Shown: positions 21,892 through 33,132, numbered from the stretch's first letter. The stretch is 64,000 bases of DNA from Andalucia godoyi And28 (GCA_009859145.1 VRVR01000043.1:120332-184331), one strand, 5' to 3'. A program made the numbers and translations. Notes: generated by a model from the sequence alone, not told the origin.

Positions 21892-22317
21892 TCTTTTTGG
21901 TTTTACGGTTCCCCTTTCGTTGATACTCGTTGTTTGTTGTTGATTGGGACTCTTCCTGGCAGTTCTTGTGGACTCTCCATCTTTGAGACTGGGTGATGTC
22001 CAATAAAAATTGGGTCTACGGAGAGAACCTCCCTTTTTGGTTTCCATTGTGATGTTGTTTGCTTGTTATGTTTTTGTTTTTGTTTATGTTTATGTTTATG
22101 TGTTGTTGTTGTTTTTTTGCAGACTGGACCAAAAATAACAGGAGACACGCGTTATAAAAAACGGTCATTCGTCCAGTAGTCGGAGCAGCTGTCGAATGTT
22201 CAAGTGACCGATGGTGCTCTTGAACAAAGATGCAGATGCAATGGAAACATAATCAGAAGAGAAAAAGAAAAAGAAGAAAAAACAAATTTCTGCAGTAGCA
22301 CAAGACAGAAGAAGATC

Positions 22318-23079
22318 ATGGCATCCAAGGCTGCAAAGTTCCGCGTTGTGTTTGTCCGACATGGTGAATCTACATGGAATCGCGAAAACCGATTCACGGG
22401 CTGGACAGATGTGGATCTGTCAGAAGCCGGACTCGAAGAAGCAAAGGGAGCTGGACGAGCCTTGGCAGAAGCCAAGTTGTCATTTGATTTGTGCTACACT
22501 TCCGTTCTGAAGAGAGCTATTCGGACAGCAAACTTTTGCTTGGAAAACTTGGACATGTTGTGGCTGCCTGTTCGAAAAGAATGGCGCCTGAACGAGCGGC
22601 ATTATGGAGCTCTGCAAGGATTGAACAAGTCGGAAACTGCAGCAAAGCACGGTGAAGATCAGGTGAAAATCTGGAGACGCTCGTATGCCATCCCGCCCCC
22701 ACCACTGGAAAACGTCAACTATGCTGAGCTGTTGGTGGGGCCATATGCAGGGCTTTCCCCGGCAGAATTTCCGAAGTCGGAATCCCTGAAGGATACCGTC
22801 GACCGTGTTCTCCCTCTCTGGCTTGGACCAATGACCGATGATATCCGCAGTGGAAGGAACTTACTTGTCGTTGCTCACGGAAATTCTATTCGTGCTCTCG
22901 TCAAATACTTGGACAATGTTCCCGAGGAAGAAATCGTCGAACTGAACATTCCAACGGGTATTCCGTTGGTGTATGAATTGGATGAGAATCTTCGACCTAT
23001 CAAGCACTACTATCTCGCCGATGAAAAGGTTCTTGGCGAGAAGATGGCGTCTGTCGCGAATCAGGGTAAGGCAAAATAA
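22318..23079 (+). CDS. gpmA: 2,3-bisphosphoglycerate-dependent phosphoglycerate mutase
   Basis: [38 protein letters not shown] and [17 protein letters not shown] at 22318. Confidence 0.95.
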   Translation: MASKAAKFRVVFVRHGESTWNRENRFTGWTDVDLSEAGLEEAKGAGRALAEAKLSFDLCYTSVLKRAIRTANFCLENLDMLWLPVRKEWRLNERHYGALQGLNKSETAAKHGEDQVKIWRRSYAIPPPPLENVNYAELLVGPYAGLSPAEFPKSESLKDTVDRVLPLWLGPMTDDIRSGRNLLVVAHGNSIRALVKYLDNVPEEEIVELNIPTGIPLVYELDENLRPIKHYYLADEKVLGEKMASVANQGKAK

Positions 23080-23099
23080 GAATCAAAATACCTGTCCAA

Positions 23100-25700
23100 G
23101 GTTGTTTTCTGCTTTTGTTGCACAGTAGTGCAACGTGGAAGAATGGACAATCCTCTTTCCTTCGCAATGGGAAATTAAAAAAGTACTCGTGGAACAACCT
23201 ATGATATGATCAACTTCTTTTAGAAAACGTTCCATACTGCGTCTCGCATCATTTACTTGCAGAAACCGAAAACGACTGCAAAATGCGGTACCGCCGAACT
23301 CCGACACGAAACACCTATGATGCATCATTGTTAGAACATGCACACTTTCTAATTAAAGGGAGGAATTTTCGCATCTATCTCTGGAAACCCCGGAGAGGAA
23401 AAAAACATTGGCGAAACACCAGGGAGAACGTGAATTAGAAGACCAATCTTGTGACCTCTTCGCTACGGCATTCGGCGCCGTCCTAAAAAAACTTCATTCA
23501 ACATGACATCCGCACTAAACTCCGAACACATGCACCTCGCGCCATCCGGCTGAAAAGACAGAGAGTGTCAAGAAGAGAAAACTGCCAAACATCAGTGAAC
23601 GGCGGAAAGGTGCAGAATATCAAGTAAAAATGGGCTGGCGAGGAACATCGACGCAAACAAGTAAGAAAATAAGAAAGAAACAGCGCACAGGCAGCTGAGA
23701 AGAGAAGATCTGGACTGAAAGAAGTTGGAATCCGAAAGGACTGACACAGAACTACGCAACACAGTCAGGAAGAAAACGGCGAAAAACGACTGTTTTAACG
23801 ACAACAAAACCGCACAGTTAGTTCGCACAAACTGCTGAATCTTCAGTAGTTTCGAACAACAAAGGCAGAATTGGAAGCACGAAACGGTGAACAGGCAGAG
23901 TTCTGCCTACGGGTGACGTTCAGAACGTTCGCTTCTAGCCAGGCAGCGTTTCTAAACGATCCGTTGATATTGTCCAGATGCACGATGCCGTTGATGCTGG
24001 AAGAGAATATTGAATGCGAAGATATTGCAACAGTGAACGCAATGCATTCTTCATATTTCCAACCGTGGACAGTATCCGCAGAATTCTTTGCTGAACAGAC
24101 GGTTAACACTGTCTTTTGATCCCGCATCACATTTCAAAAATCCGAAGCAGCAAGAATTGGACCATGAAACTGTGAGGGGATTGAAATCTCAACATTCAAA
24201 TGATTCCAACCTGTGTATTTAGGAGAATTTCATACGTGCAGTTCCAAGAATTATGATTTCACACAAATTCAAAATGACTATGGTGCACTATCATGTGAAA
24301 GCTGGTTCTTTTATGTTGATTCCGTACACTCTTGCTCGCAACATTGCTCCATTTCCATGTACTGTGTTGGAAATGCACATCGAAGCAATCCACAAGCAGC
24401 GATAACTGTCTGGTGCTGTGTCTCCCATTAGCGTCGTCCAACAAGGTTTGCTCATCAAATTCCACATAATGTCGAAATATGTACTTCGATTCCTGTTTTC
24501 CTTCTATTTTTGCAGTTTGTTTTTCTTGCATCTGATTGATTAGCCGCAGATAGCACCTTTAGTGGGTTTGTCTCTTTCGATGTTTTCCCGGCTGTTGTCC
24601 TCTATTCAGAAGAAGCTTGTTTAAAAATCCGGAACGTAGCCAGATCCATTTTCTGCAGTCTTATCCAGAATACTGAAATAGCACTCTCCATTTCTTCACT
24701 GGCTGTTGGCCTGCTACGTTTTTGGTGTTTGCCGGAATCTGTGAAACGTTTTTGTGGAGCTGGCAGCTTGTGCGTGTCGAACTTTTGGGACGACGGGTGA
24801 CGTTCTCCATTCACATCTTGCATTTGCCGATTAGCAGTTGCAACAATTTATGACGTCGTTGTGTTTGCCATATCCGGCCGCTTTTGCTTTAGCGACACCG
24901 TGATGTCCTATGAATGTGGGATTTTTTGAGTTCCGCCGTCTCTTCCAACATTACACTGCATTTTCTGGTACAGAACTTTCCCGCTAATCTGTTCATTACT
25001 ATTTCTCTCTCTTTGGACAACTTCTTTTCCCACGGTCAGTCGTCTTTCTGTTTTCGGTGCTTTTCTTGAGCTTCTGCAACTGTTGCCGTTTGGTTCTCAC
25101 ATGATTTTCCTCCAAATTTTTATCGACTGTGATTCGTTTACCTATTAATCTTTTAACTTTTCCGTTGTATTATGGATGTTCGTAATCTCTTTTATGAAGT
25201 CCGTAGCCACGTTTGCATTAACTCTGGGCTTCGGTCATTCTTCCATCCCCAAAACTCACAGTTGGTCTGGATTACTATTGGTGCAACGATGTAATAGGAC
25301 TCATGCCCCGTCGCTGTCGGGATGCACGATCAAGTATTCCCAGCAGAAGTTGGTTTATCTGCTGGCACAGTGATCGGCTTTCATACTGCTGCAGCCCCGG
25401 AGTCCCGATTTTCTGAAGTTTTTACCATTTTTGTCAAGTGTTTCTCTTCTTTGATTCGGCGCGATTCTCCGTTTTCCTTTTCATGTTCAGTGTTGTCAGG
25501 TGATTGTCATTTGTTCATTGCTTTTACAATGCGATGGCCGGGCTCCCGCCGACCCCCCCTGCCAGCTGTCGTTTTATTTTGTCTTCATCTGCTTGCATTC
25601 CTGTCCTCTTGCATGAGCAGACTGCTGTTACCATCAATCTCCTCATTGCAAACGGACTGGTTTTGCGATAGGGGATGATTCTTCTGTTTTGTTTCCCCCC
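23100..25700 (-). other. 2.6-kb region without a long ORF; possibly a heavily decayed LTR-retrotransposon (pol) relic
   Basis: Unusually long gene-free gap. Broken minus-strand frames contain GHHGVAK (integrase zinc-finger-like) and downstream GIEVHIST / ANGR fragments in gypsy-like order. The match is weak. Confidence 0.2.
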
Positions 25701-25801
25701 TGCGATTCAAGAAATGGAAATCAACGAAATCGATTGTTTAAAGCGAAGTTGTCAAAAATCAACAGTCAGGGTCAAAAAGGTTTTTAGGGCTGTTGTTTGT
25801 G

Positions 25802-28800
25802 ATGGATCCGTCGAATAGCAGACTCACCGAAGCCTCGGACAGAAAAGTTCGATTTTCCGGAACTTCGGATTACTCAGCTGCTGCGCGTGTGGCGGATGTG
25901 AGCATATCAGCTTCGGATCTTAGACGTGCTTCGGCGTATCCTGTTTCCATGTCTCCGAAACCAGAAGCTGATTTGCGACCGATAGACCGACTCCCAACAC
26001 CTGGGTTGGGGTCAAGAAAACCACCAGCACCTCGCAGCCCTTCCCCAGGATGGGTTGAAGGGATGGACGGTCTTGGGGTTGTAAATCTCCCATCAATGTC
26101 ACGTTCAAGTACACTTGGTTTGCGTCAATCACAGGAAAATTTGGATACCTCATGGACAAATGTTTCACAGATCATCCGTGCGACTGAGGATTCTAGAAAG
26201 GCGAGAGCCAAAACCTATGACGAATTTGTCAAATTCATCGCAAGTTCCTCGAACGTTGGTGGAGAGTTGTCTGCCAAAGACGTTCTAACGCTTGCAGCTT
26301 TCCCTGTTTCGGAGCATTTTCAAGGAATTCTTGGACTGGAGTTGGAGGCTTTGCGGTCACTCGCAAAGGTTGTGTCAGTTCATGGTGGAGTTTCAGCAGC
26401 GCTTTTCTTGAAAGATCTCAGTCAACAAATCCAGGAATTATGCAACACCATGGCCTCCATAATGGATAATCTGCAATCGCATATGAATCGCTATATGAAA
26501 TACTCCATTGGAAAATTGCCGTCAAGCAGCGCAAGAGTCCGGCATGCGGCTCCGCCATTCTCTCCCCCTGCTGGTTTTGGTACGAGGAGCAGTCCGCCTC
26601 CAGTCCACCAAACAGTTCACGTTCACATTCCTGAGTACTCCTTCAGTATGTTCAAGAACGCCAACGGAAGTGATGCAGTGCAGTCTCCATCGACAGACAG
26701 TATCTCGGATACTTCTTCTCCTGACTATTTTGAAGCTGCTCAATCAGGGGGATCATATTCCTCAAAAGCGTTACATGGGCCGCAAAGCGTTGGAGGGAGG
26801 TCCGCTTCGAGAATGCATGAAACAGCTTCGTATTCTCTCCAGAAGATTTTATCCTTTGAAGAATTAAAGAAAATCAAGCGGAGCGAACGAGAGCAAGAAC
26901 TTGAGCTGAGGCGCTCTTTCCAACTGGCACAGGAAAGATGGGAGAAGGATGTTCTTGAACTGAAAGATCAAAAAGATCTGCAATATCTGGACTTCAAAAG
27001 ACGACTGGATGTTGAGCGGACCACGTGCAATGAACTCCGATATGCGAATCGAGACTTGTCAGAAAAACTGGATGAAGCCAAGCGATGCCTGGAGCAACTG
27101 GGAACGAAGGTCATCGTCCAAAAACAAAGTTGCGAAGACGAAAGCACGCAAACCGATGTTATGCAGTCGGAAAATTCATGCAGCCGTGCATACCCTTCGT
27201 TAAAGGTGCTTGCATTGCTCTATCAACTTTTGCGTCCGACAATGGAAGCGCGCATGCATCTGTCATTGCCTCCAATCCGACCTCCGGCAGGGGACAAGTC
27301 CGTACAAACAGACGAACGTCCTCAAAACATTCGAGTATCATCAGACTTGCTGATTGGTCATGTTCGAAATGTGCACAGTGTAGACCTGCACAAGCACGAT
27401 GGAAATATGTCCGATCGTTCCTCCTCTTTTTCCTCCATCGATGAATCTCTTGACGGCGGGCGACATGAGCTGACTTCACTTACATCTATTTCACTCACAC
27501 GACCTTCAGTTGACGCGTCTTCGGCAACCTTTTCAGAGTTCGTGAAACACGTACGAGCAAGGTCGTCTTTCTCGAAAGACACACTGCCTCCCCTCAAAGT
27601 TACTCGCGAAAACTCCGAGACCTTCCTGCATGTCCCAGAAAAAGGAAATGCTGCGGCCGCTGCGACTCCCCCCCATCGAGGCCGTCAATCGTCCAATGTG
27701 CCGTTGAATCTTTCAGAATCAGATTCCGATAGCGACTTGAACTCTCCAAGCCACAGATACCATCAATCGACTTCGTCATTGTCTAGATTGCGATCCAATT
27801 CAGGAAGTTCTGTTGGCCACGTTTCTGCATCGGACAGTAAGAGACACCGTGCAACTCCAACGTCTTCCAGGTCTTACGGTTCTGACCGCGATCCAGATGA
27901 TGTCTCCATCTCTGCTCGTGAAGGATACAAAGACCGGATTCGAGATGGCGGTTCCCTTGAAGGAAAGGGGTCTGTGATGTCCATGACGTCTTTTTCGGCT
28001 GTGATTGCTGCTTCTGCAGTGGCAAAGAAGAAAATCGCTGAATTGCAGCTCAAGAAAGCCAAAAGAGAAGACGCCCGTCAAAAAGCTAGATTGCTCCGGC
28101 AGCTTCCAAAGAATGAACTGCTTGAAAGAACGATGCAAATTGCGCCGAATCCATCCCAGGGAATCAGTCAGTCGCATCCAATTCGATATCAACCAGGGCC
28201 GTCCCCGATTCGAAGTCTTGGATGGATTCTTGAAGTTGCAAGAGACTTCTGGAAGTACGCAGAGAATCTGTTGCTCGACCCGCAGTCAGGCGATCCTGTC
28301 TTCCAAAAGTACACACTGGATGCTGTCCTCAGCAATTCCAGCTTCCAAATTCGAAAGACAGACGGTGTGATCGAACGTACCAGGAAACCCAAAGAAGAAA
28401 AAACAACCAATTCCAAGGATTCACGCATGTTAGTTTCCGACGGTTCGTCCTCGACTGGAATTTGGAATTCGCCAATGCAAATCTTATCGTCGTCTCGTAG
28501 TTCATCGCCAAGCACAGTTGACCACCAGCAGTCTTCCCGCACTTCGGGTGACGAAGAGGTCGCGGATAGGACTTCCAACTCGGGGTCCACTCCGCCGACA
28601 ACGCGATCGAATTCAGCCGCATCCATTACTTCATCAGGAAGCTTTCAAAATTCCAATATTAACGTCACTCCATTCCACATCTTCTGCCTTTTCCTAGAGG
28701 AATCACGGGCTACTCTTGGTGACGTCGGCGAATGTGTAGTGTGGAGTTGCGTTGAACATGCAACCAGAAACACTGAAGTTGAGGATTTCTCAAAGTTCAT

Positions 28801-29218
28801 CTGGAAACAGTGGAATATGTACGTGCTGGTTGCGTTCCTACGAGTGCGGAAGCTTATTCGAGAAGAGTTGCCGATGTCCGTTGTGAACCAAGGTTCCGGA
28901 GATGCACACATCTTCACTTATTTTGTACCACTTCTCATTCGACGATGTGTTCCAGAAGGAATTAGAATGTCGGAACTGCTGCAGAAATGTTTCGATACAG
29001 GGTTCAAGGTTCGCGAAGGAGATGCTCTCTGGCAAGTCACTGCCGCCGCACCCAGTTTCGACACCTCTACACTGTCTCCCGGATCTTTGAGGCATAGGAT
29101 GATTCTGGATACAGAGACTGTTCTCCGGGACAAAAGCAAATGGGTTGCAGTTCGGGTAATTGATTTGCTTCATTGGCTGGCGGAAGAACTGTACAAAAGA
29201 ACCCGGCTTTTGAACTAA
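25802..29218 (+). CDS. Hypothetical Ser-rich protein with coiled-coil segments
   Basis: About 1138-aa ORF from ATG 25802. Coiled coil near EREQELELRRSFQLAQERWEK. No family recognised. Confidence 0.7.
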   Translation: MDPSNSRLTEASDRKVRFSGTSDYSAAARVADVSISASDLRRASAYPVSMSPKPEADLRPIDRLPTPGLGSRKPPAPRSPSPGWVEGMDGLGVVNLPSMSRSSTLGLRQSQENLDTSWTNVSQIIRATEDSRKARAKTYDEFVKFIASSSNVGGELSAKDVLTLAAFPVSEHFQGILGLELEALRSLAKVVSVHGGVSAALFLKDLSQQIQELCNTMASIMDNLQSHMNRYMKYSIGKLPSSSARVRHAAPPFSPPAGFGTRSSPPPVHQTVHVHIPEYSFSMFKNANGSDAVQSPSTDSISDTSSPDYFEAAQSGGSYSSKALHGPQSVGGRSASRMHETASYSLQKILSFEELKKIKRSEREQELELRRSFQLAQERWEKDVLELKDQKDLQYLDFKRRLDVERTTCNELRYANRDLSEKLDEAKRCLEQLGTKVIVQKQSCEDESTQTDVMQSENSCSRAYPSLKVLALLYQLLRPTMEARMHLSLPPIRPPAGDKSVQTDERPQNIRVSSDLLIGHVRNVHSVDLHKHDGNMSDRSSSFSSIDESLDGGRHELTSLTSISLTRPSVDASSATFSEFVKHVRARSSFSKDTLPPLKVTRENSETFLHVPEKGNAAAAATPPHRGRQSSNVPLNLSESDSDSDLNSPSHRYHQSTSSLSRLRSNSGSSVGHVSASDSKRHRATPTSSRSYGSDRDPDDVSISAREGYKDRIRDGGSLEGKGSVMSMTSFSAVIAASAVAKKKIAELQLKKAKREDARQKARLLRQLPKNELLERTMQIAPNPSQGISQSHPIRYQPGPSPIRSLGWILEVARDFWKYAENLLLDPQSGDPVFQKYTLDAVLSNSSFQIRKTDGVIERTRKPKEEKTTNSKDSRMLVSDGSSSTGIWNSPMQILSSSRSSSPSTVDHQQSSRTSGDEEVADRTSNSGSTPPTTRSNSAASITSSGSFQNSNINVTPFHIFCLFLEESRATLGDVGECVVWSCVEHATRNTEVEDFSKFIWKQWNMYVLVAFLRVRKLIREELPMSVVNQGSGDAHIFTYFVPLLIRRCVPEGIRMSELLQKCFDTGFKVREGDALWQVTAAAPSFDTSTLSPGSLRHRMILDTETVLRDKSKWVAVRVIDLLHWLAEELYKRTRLLN

Positions 29219-29245
29219 ATGTACATGTACAAACAGCGGAATTCA

Positions 29246-29857
29246 TTAGACAGACAGTAAATTACTTTCTGCGATCTCTTGGCAGATTTTCAGAATGGCG
29301 GCCTTCCGATCTGAAGAAAAATGACCAGGGGTGAAAGATTCTAAATCCACAATTCCGACAACTGCATCATCCACCACAATCGGAGCACATAATTCCGAGC
29401 GCACGCGCCCGTCGCATTCATAGTACGCCCCATCATGTGCGGCCACATCCTCAATTGAAATCACCGCCTTGGTCATCGCAACCCGGACATTATTCGAAAC
29501 GTCTTTCAATGAATAAGGAAAGAAGACACGCGAAGGTGCTCCGATGTATGACATTTTGATGAGACACTTTTCGTTTGGAAACTGCGGGCAGCAATCCATA
29601 AGCTTATAGATGCCCACCCATTCAGGACCGCCGGCAGCCTCCTGTAGCTTCCTCACCCACTTGGAGAGTGCAATGAGATTCGCAGTGACGGGATGATTCC
29701 GACGAACAGCATCGTCATCAGGAATGTTGAACACCCGTGTTCCTAAGTCGAACAGGTTTGGATCAAGCTCGTGCGAGCAGGTGAGTCCGTCTGCAGTAAG
29801 CACTAGCGGAACTCTCCACTTGTACAAGTCCTCCAGCTCCACGTGCGTCAGTGTCAT
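29246..29857 (-). CDS. Stand-alone GAF-domain protein, free methionine-R-sulfoxide reductase (fRMsr/MsrC)-like
   Basis: WVGIY, YYECDGRVRSELCAPI and VVGIVDLESF match the fRMsr GAF fold (HIACD...SEIVVP..GVLDIDS). ATG at 29857. Upstream GTGAGT donors suggest possible 5' exons. Confidence 0.7.
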   Translation of the reverse strand: MTLTHVELEDLYKWRVPLVLTADGLTCSHELDPNLFDLGTRVFNIPDDDAVRRNHPVTANLIALSKWVRKLQEAAGGPEWVGIYKLMDCCPQFPNEKCLIKMSYIGAPSRVFFPYSLKDVSNNVRVAMTKAVISIEDVAAHDGAYYECDGRVRSELCAPIVVDDAVVGIVDLESFTPGHFSSDRKAAILKICQEIAESNLLSV

Positions 29858-30280
29858 CGTCGCTTGATACGTGTGATACGTGGATTCAAAATACAAAAAC
29901 AGAACAACGCATTCTTCGTCGCATCTGTCGTCGGGGGCCCTATTTGACTTCAGAACCCTCCTCCCTGCAAAATTCGGGGGACTCACATGAGGTACAGCGT
30001 TTCTTTTTGGTGGGGAGAGCAGACAAACTCACGTGAGGTCTGAGCCCCCCCAGATTCTGATTCTTCGGTCGCATTCTGTCGACCCGCTGACGCAAATGCG
30101 ATGACGTATGTTTCCAGGAATTCGCTCGTTTTAGTTGTCCAAGTCATTCGTCGTCATCATCTTCAACTTTGAAAGAATATCCGTTTGCTGTTTTGACCTT
30201 TGTGTTAGTAGTTATTGAGATTGGTTTTTCTTTTTTGTTTTTGTGTTTTTTAAATCAATAGTGTTACCACTCCACGAAGA

Positions 30281-30586
30281 ATGAGCCAATTCAAGCGACT
30301 TATTCCGTATCTGGACCGCGTTCTTGTTGAGAAGGTTCTGCAGCCCGCAAAGACTGCGTCTGGTATCCTTTTGCCCGAGAGCTCGTCGAACAAGGCGCTG
30401 AACTGGGGTGTTGTTCGTGCTGTTGGTGCTGGTGCCCCGAATCGCGATGGCAAGGTTATCCCTCTTGATATCAAGGAAGGAGACAAGGTCCTCATGCCCG
30501 AGTTTGGAGGTTCCAAAGTCAACGTGGAGGAAGGCAAAGAGCTGTTCCTCTTCCGTGCCGAGGATCTTCTTGGAAAGCTCGAGTAA
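30281..30586 (+). CDS. HSP10: 10-kDa chaperonin (Cpn10/Hsp10), mitochondrial type
   Basis: LIPYLDRVLVEK, KTASGILLPE, VRAVGAG, VKEGDKVLMPEFGG-like segment and LFRAEDLLGKL. Confidence 0.95.
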   Translation: MSQFKRLIPYLDRVLVEKVLQPAKTASGILLPESSSNKALNWGVVRAVGAGAPNRDGKVIPLDIKEGDKVLMPEFGGSKVNVEEGKELFLFRAEDLLGKLE

Positions 30587-30709
30587 AACTCCCCGGGACT
30601 GGACTACCCCGGGACTTCTCCACAACATTGCAAAAAAATAAATTCGGTACCTTTTTCTTGCATCATAGTTTAGTTTTAATTTTTTGTTCTGCTTCTGGAA
30701 CACCAATGG

Positions 30710-31678
30710 TTAGTGACGCCATCCGGCTTCATGGCCGTTCGGCATTGGTGGTTCCAGAAAGCCTCGGAACGAAACGGTACTGCATGCAGTAAGCTGTGCG
30801 ACATCTGCAGGGTCCTGCACGGAAGGTAGAATGACCCACCGGGCCCCATAGCCTCCAGGGTCACGGATCTCGAAGACGCTCTCGTCATGCGGAAGCTTGT
30901 GCAGATTGAACCAAGCAGGAGCGCCAAGAATGCGGCGCAGCACGCCCTCGGCTGCGTTCGACACTGCAGAAGCAGGACCTCGAATAACTCCCCAAAACGC
31001 CGTGCTCGCATCACGATGCGCATGTTTACTCAGCGCCCGTCCCGCAACCGTCAGCACATTACGGTTTGCAAACACACCGCTGTGCGCCGCCCCAGGGGGT
31101 AAAGAAGTGGAGTCCAACTCACAGGTTGGAGACTGAGAATACGGCATGCGGGCAGCAAGGAGGCAATCGGAAAAGGACGGCGGAAGAGCGATGCGCAGAT
31201 CTGAAGAGCCCACTGTTATCGGCATGTCTAAGAGAATGTAAAAAGCATCTCTCTCCACAGCCATTGCATCCCAGAATTGACTGCATCTGATCTCATCGAC
31301 AAAGCATCCAAGACTGATCAAACTGCTGACTGTCATGGCAGCCCGTTCTATTCTCGCGTCATCGGATTTCGTATAAGAAAGCTTTCGATTGCTCTCGATC
31401 GTACGAATAAGATGCGTCATCTTATCGCGATCGCTCTCCCACAAAACCACGTTGCAAACAATGTGTAAAAGAAACGACGGCTGTTCAATGGTTTCTCCGT
31501 ACCAACGATACCGATTTGCAGGCTCGCAAGTCCCCGAGGCTGCATGATCAGAGTACCACGTTGCAGCTGACGCCAAACCGCCACGAAGGCTTCGCGAAAT
31601 CGACGGGGACAACTTGGATCTTTCAATCACGCCTCGAGAGACCTCATAGCATCTCCATACATGCTGGATGATTACCAT
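30710..31678 (-). CDS. Uncharacterised protein; C-terminal domain like that of plant 'ASCH-domain' uncharacterised proteins and toxin-like RNase domains
   Basis: LTVAGRALSKHAHR..FWG, WFNLHKLPHDESVFEIRDPGGYGARW and FRGFLEPPMPNGHEAGWRH. Confidence 0.65.
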   Translation of the reverse strand: MVIIQHVWRCYEVSRGVIERSKLSPSISRSLRGGLASAATWYSDHAASGTCEPANRYRWYGETIEQPSFLLHIVCNVVLWESDRDKMTHLIRTIESNRKLSYTKSDDARIERAAMTVSSLISLGCFVDEIRCSQFWDAMAVERDAFYILLDMPITVGSSDLRIALPPSFSDCLLAARMPYSQSPTCELDSTSLPPGAAHSGVFANRNVLTVAGRALSKHAHRDASTAFWGVIRGPASAVSNAAEGVLRRILGAPAWFNLHKLPHDESVFEIRDPGGYGARWVILPSVQDPADVAQLTACSTVSFRGFLEPPMPNGHEAGWRH

Positions 31679-32193
31679 ATCTAGTCAGCCGGCAGGTGGC
31701 AACTGTGCGTCATACGAGTGTACACAAACCACGAGTTGTTTCTGTGGACCACTCTCTGTCGAGTGCCGAGAGCCTGAAACGGAAGAAAACACAAGGACTG
31801 GAGATCCAATATGCCCTAAACCCTGCTACCACCTGCACCGACACCGCAGCCGTGTTTGACACGTTCGCAGTTATCCGCAATGAATTCAAACCCGGGGCGA
31901 AAATCACAGCACCCCAACAGTTCGCGCCTGGAAATACGGGTTGAAACGAATCGATCGTCTCCGCTGGAAACAGTCATGCTGGCACTGGTATATTTGCGAC
32001 CGATAAGTATTAACGTTTACTGTGTCGTGGCGGCATCAATCGTAGTGCATGTGGACATTGAAGTCATTTTATTTCTTCTTTTCTTTTTCTTTTTCGTTTT
32101 CGTTTTCAAAGTGTAAAAAATAATCTTTGGTTGATTTTATTTCCTTGTTTCATGTTTTCTGTCGACAACAACAAAGTTGTTTTTTTGAAGAGT

Positions 32194-32782
32194 ATGTATG
32201 TCGAAGCGAACGTTATCAAAAAGAAGTACAACGTCAGCAGGCAGACACTCGCTCGGTGGGCAAAGCGGGGAAGTGGTGCGGAGCTAAAGTAAAAAGTGCT
32301 CTGATTTTTTATGAATAAAACACAAATAAAGGTGCACAGAAAGAAAGTGCAACAAGAAGGAGAAAGAGCGAAAGGAAGAGAGAGAAGAACCGACTACAGT
32401 CGCCACAGAAGGGTCATCTTTGCTTACTTTCTTACCCTTACACAAGTCCTCGAACTCTCTTCTCGTCACACACGTCTATCGCGGAAGCGTCGCAGAAGTT
32501 GTGGTTGCCCACCGCGACCGATTGTGTCGCTACGGTATCGAGTTTTGCGAGTGGCTCTTTTCGAAAACTAGGACAAAACTCGTGGTTCTCCACCACACTG
32601 CACCGGCAGGATCCAACCAAGAACTTGCCGACGACCTCCTCTCCATCGTCAACGTGTTTGTGGCACGGCGCAACGGGAAGCGTTCGGCCGCAAACCGGAA
32701 GCGACGCCGCGGAGAGACCCAAGAAAATCCGGAAGTTGTCCAGCGCGTCGAAGAAGGATCGTCGGCGGAAGTTGCGAAGTAA
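32194..32782 (+). pseudogene. tnpA: IS607-family serine recombinase (TnpA) pseudogene
   Basis: HTH fragment stops at 32292. The catalytic YARVS region is absent and replaced by AG/CT-rich sequence. The resolvase C-half is in frame from about 32447 to TAA 32782. Confidence 0.85.
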
Positions 32783-33132
32783 AACTGCGCGGCAGATGGT
32801 CACGTGGTCGCACTATCGCTTCCGGCAACATCTGCTGCACAAGGCGAGTCAGTATGGGAGGGAAGTTCTGATTGTGACGGAAGAGTACACGTCGAAGACG
32901 TGCGGGCGTTGCGGAAACACTCATTGGAAATTGGGAAGCAATAAGCATTTTTTCGTGCCCAAGTTGTCACTGCACCATCGACCGAGATTGGAATGGAGCG
33001 CGGAGCATTTATCTCAAAAATACGAGTCTTCTCGCCTCACGGGAAGACGTTGGGGCCTTTCCCGTCTCTGTTGGTTCTTGGGACCAACAGACTGCAACAT
33101 TAATGATCACGATTGATTCTGATCGACCGTAA
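32720..33132 (+). pseudogene. Fanzor2/TnpB RuvC-II, zinc finger and RuvC-III fragment, frameshifted
   Basis: LRSKTARQMVTWSHYRFRQHLLHKA, VTEEYTSKTCGRCG (32874-32915). After removing one T from T6 at 32948-32953 it reads FSCPSCHCTIDRDWNGARSIYLKN...TAA 33130-33132. RuvC-I/WED/REC are missing. Confidence 0.9.

Noticed and set aside
30591-30616. Direct repeat CCCCGGGACT x2 after the Cpn10 stop
   Set aside because: Only two 10-bp units with no element features; likely a local duplication in the 3' UTR.
32273-32446. Possible intron that would repair E1 TnpA (polypyrimidine tract and CAAG acceptor at 32446)
   Set aside because: Available GT donors (32273, 32276, 32289) give phase 1 or 2 while the acceptor needs phase 0. 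The catalytic YARVS motif would still be missing.
32499-33116. 205-aa ORF as an intact Fanzor/TnpB nuclease
   Set aside because: Its N-half is TnpA read out of frame, RuvC-I is absent and RuvC-III is in another frame, so it cannot be an active nuclease.
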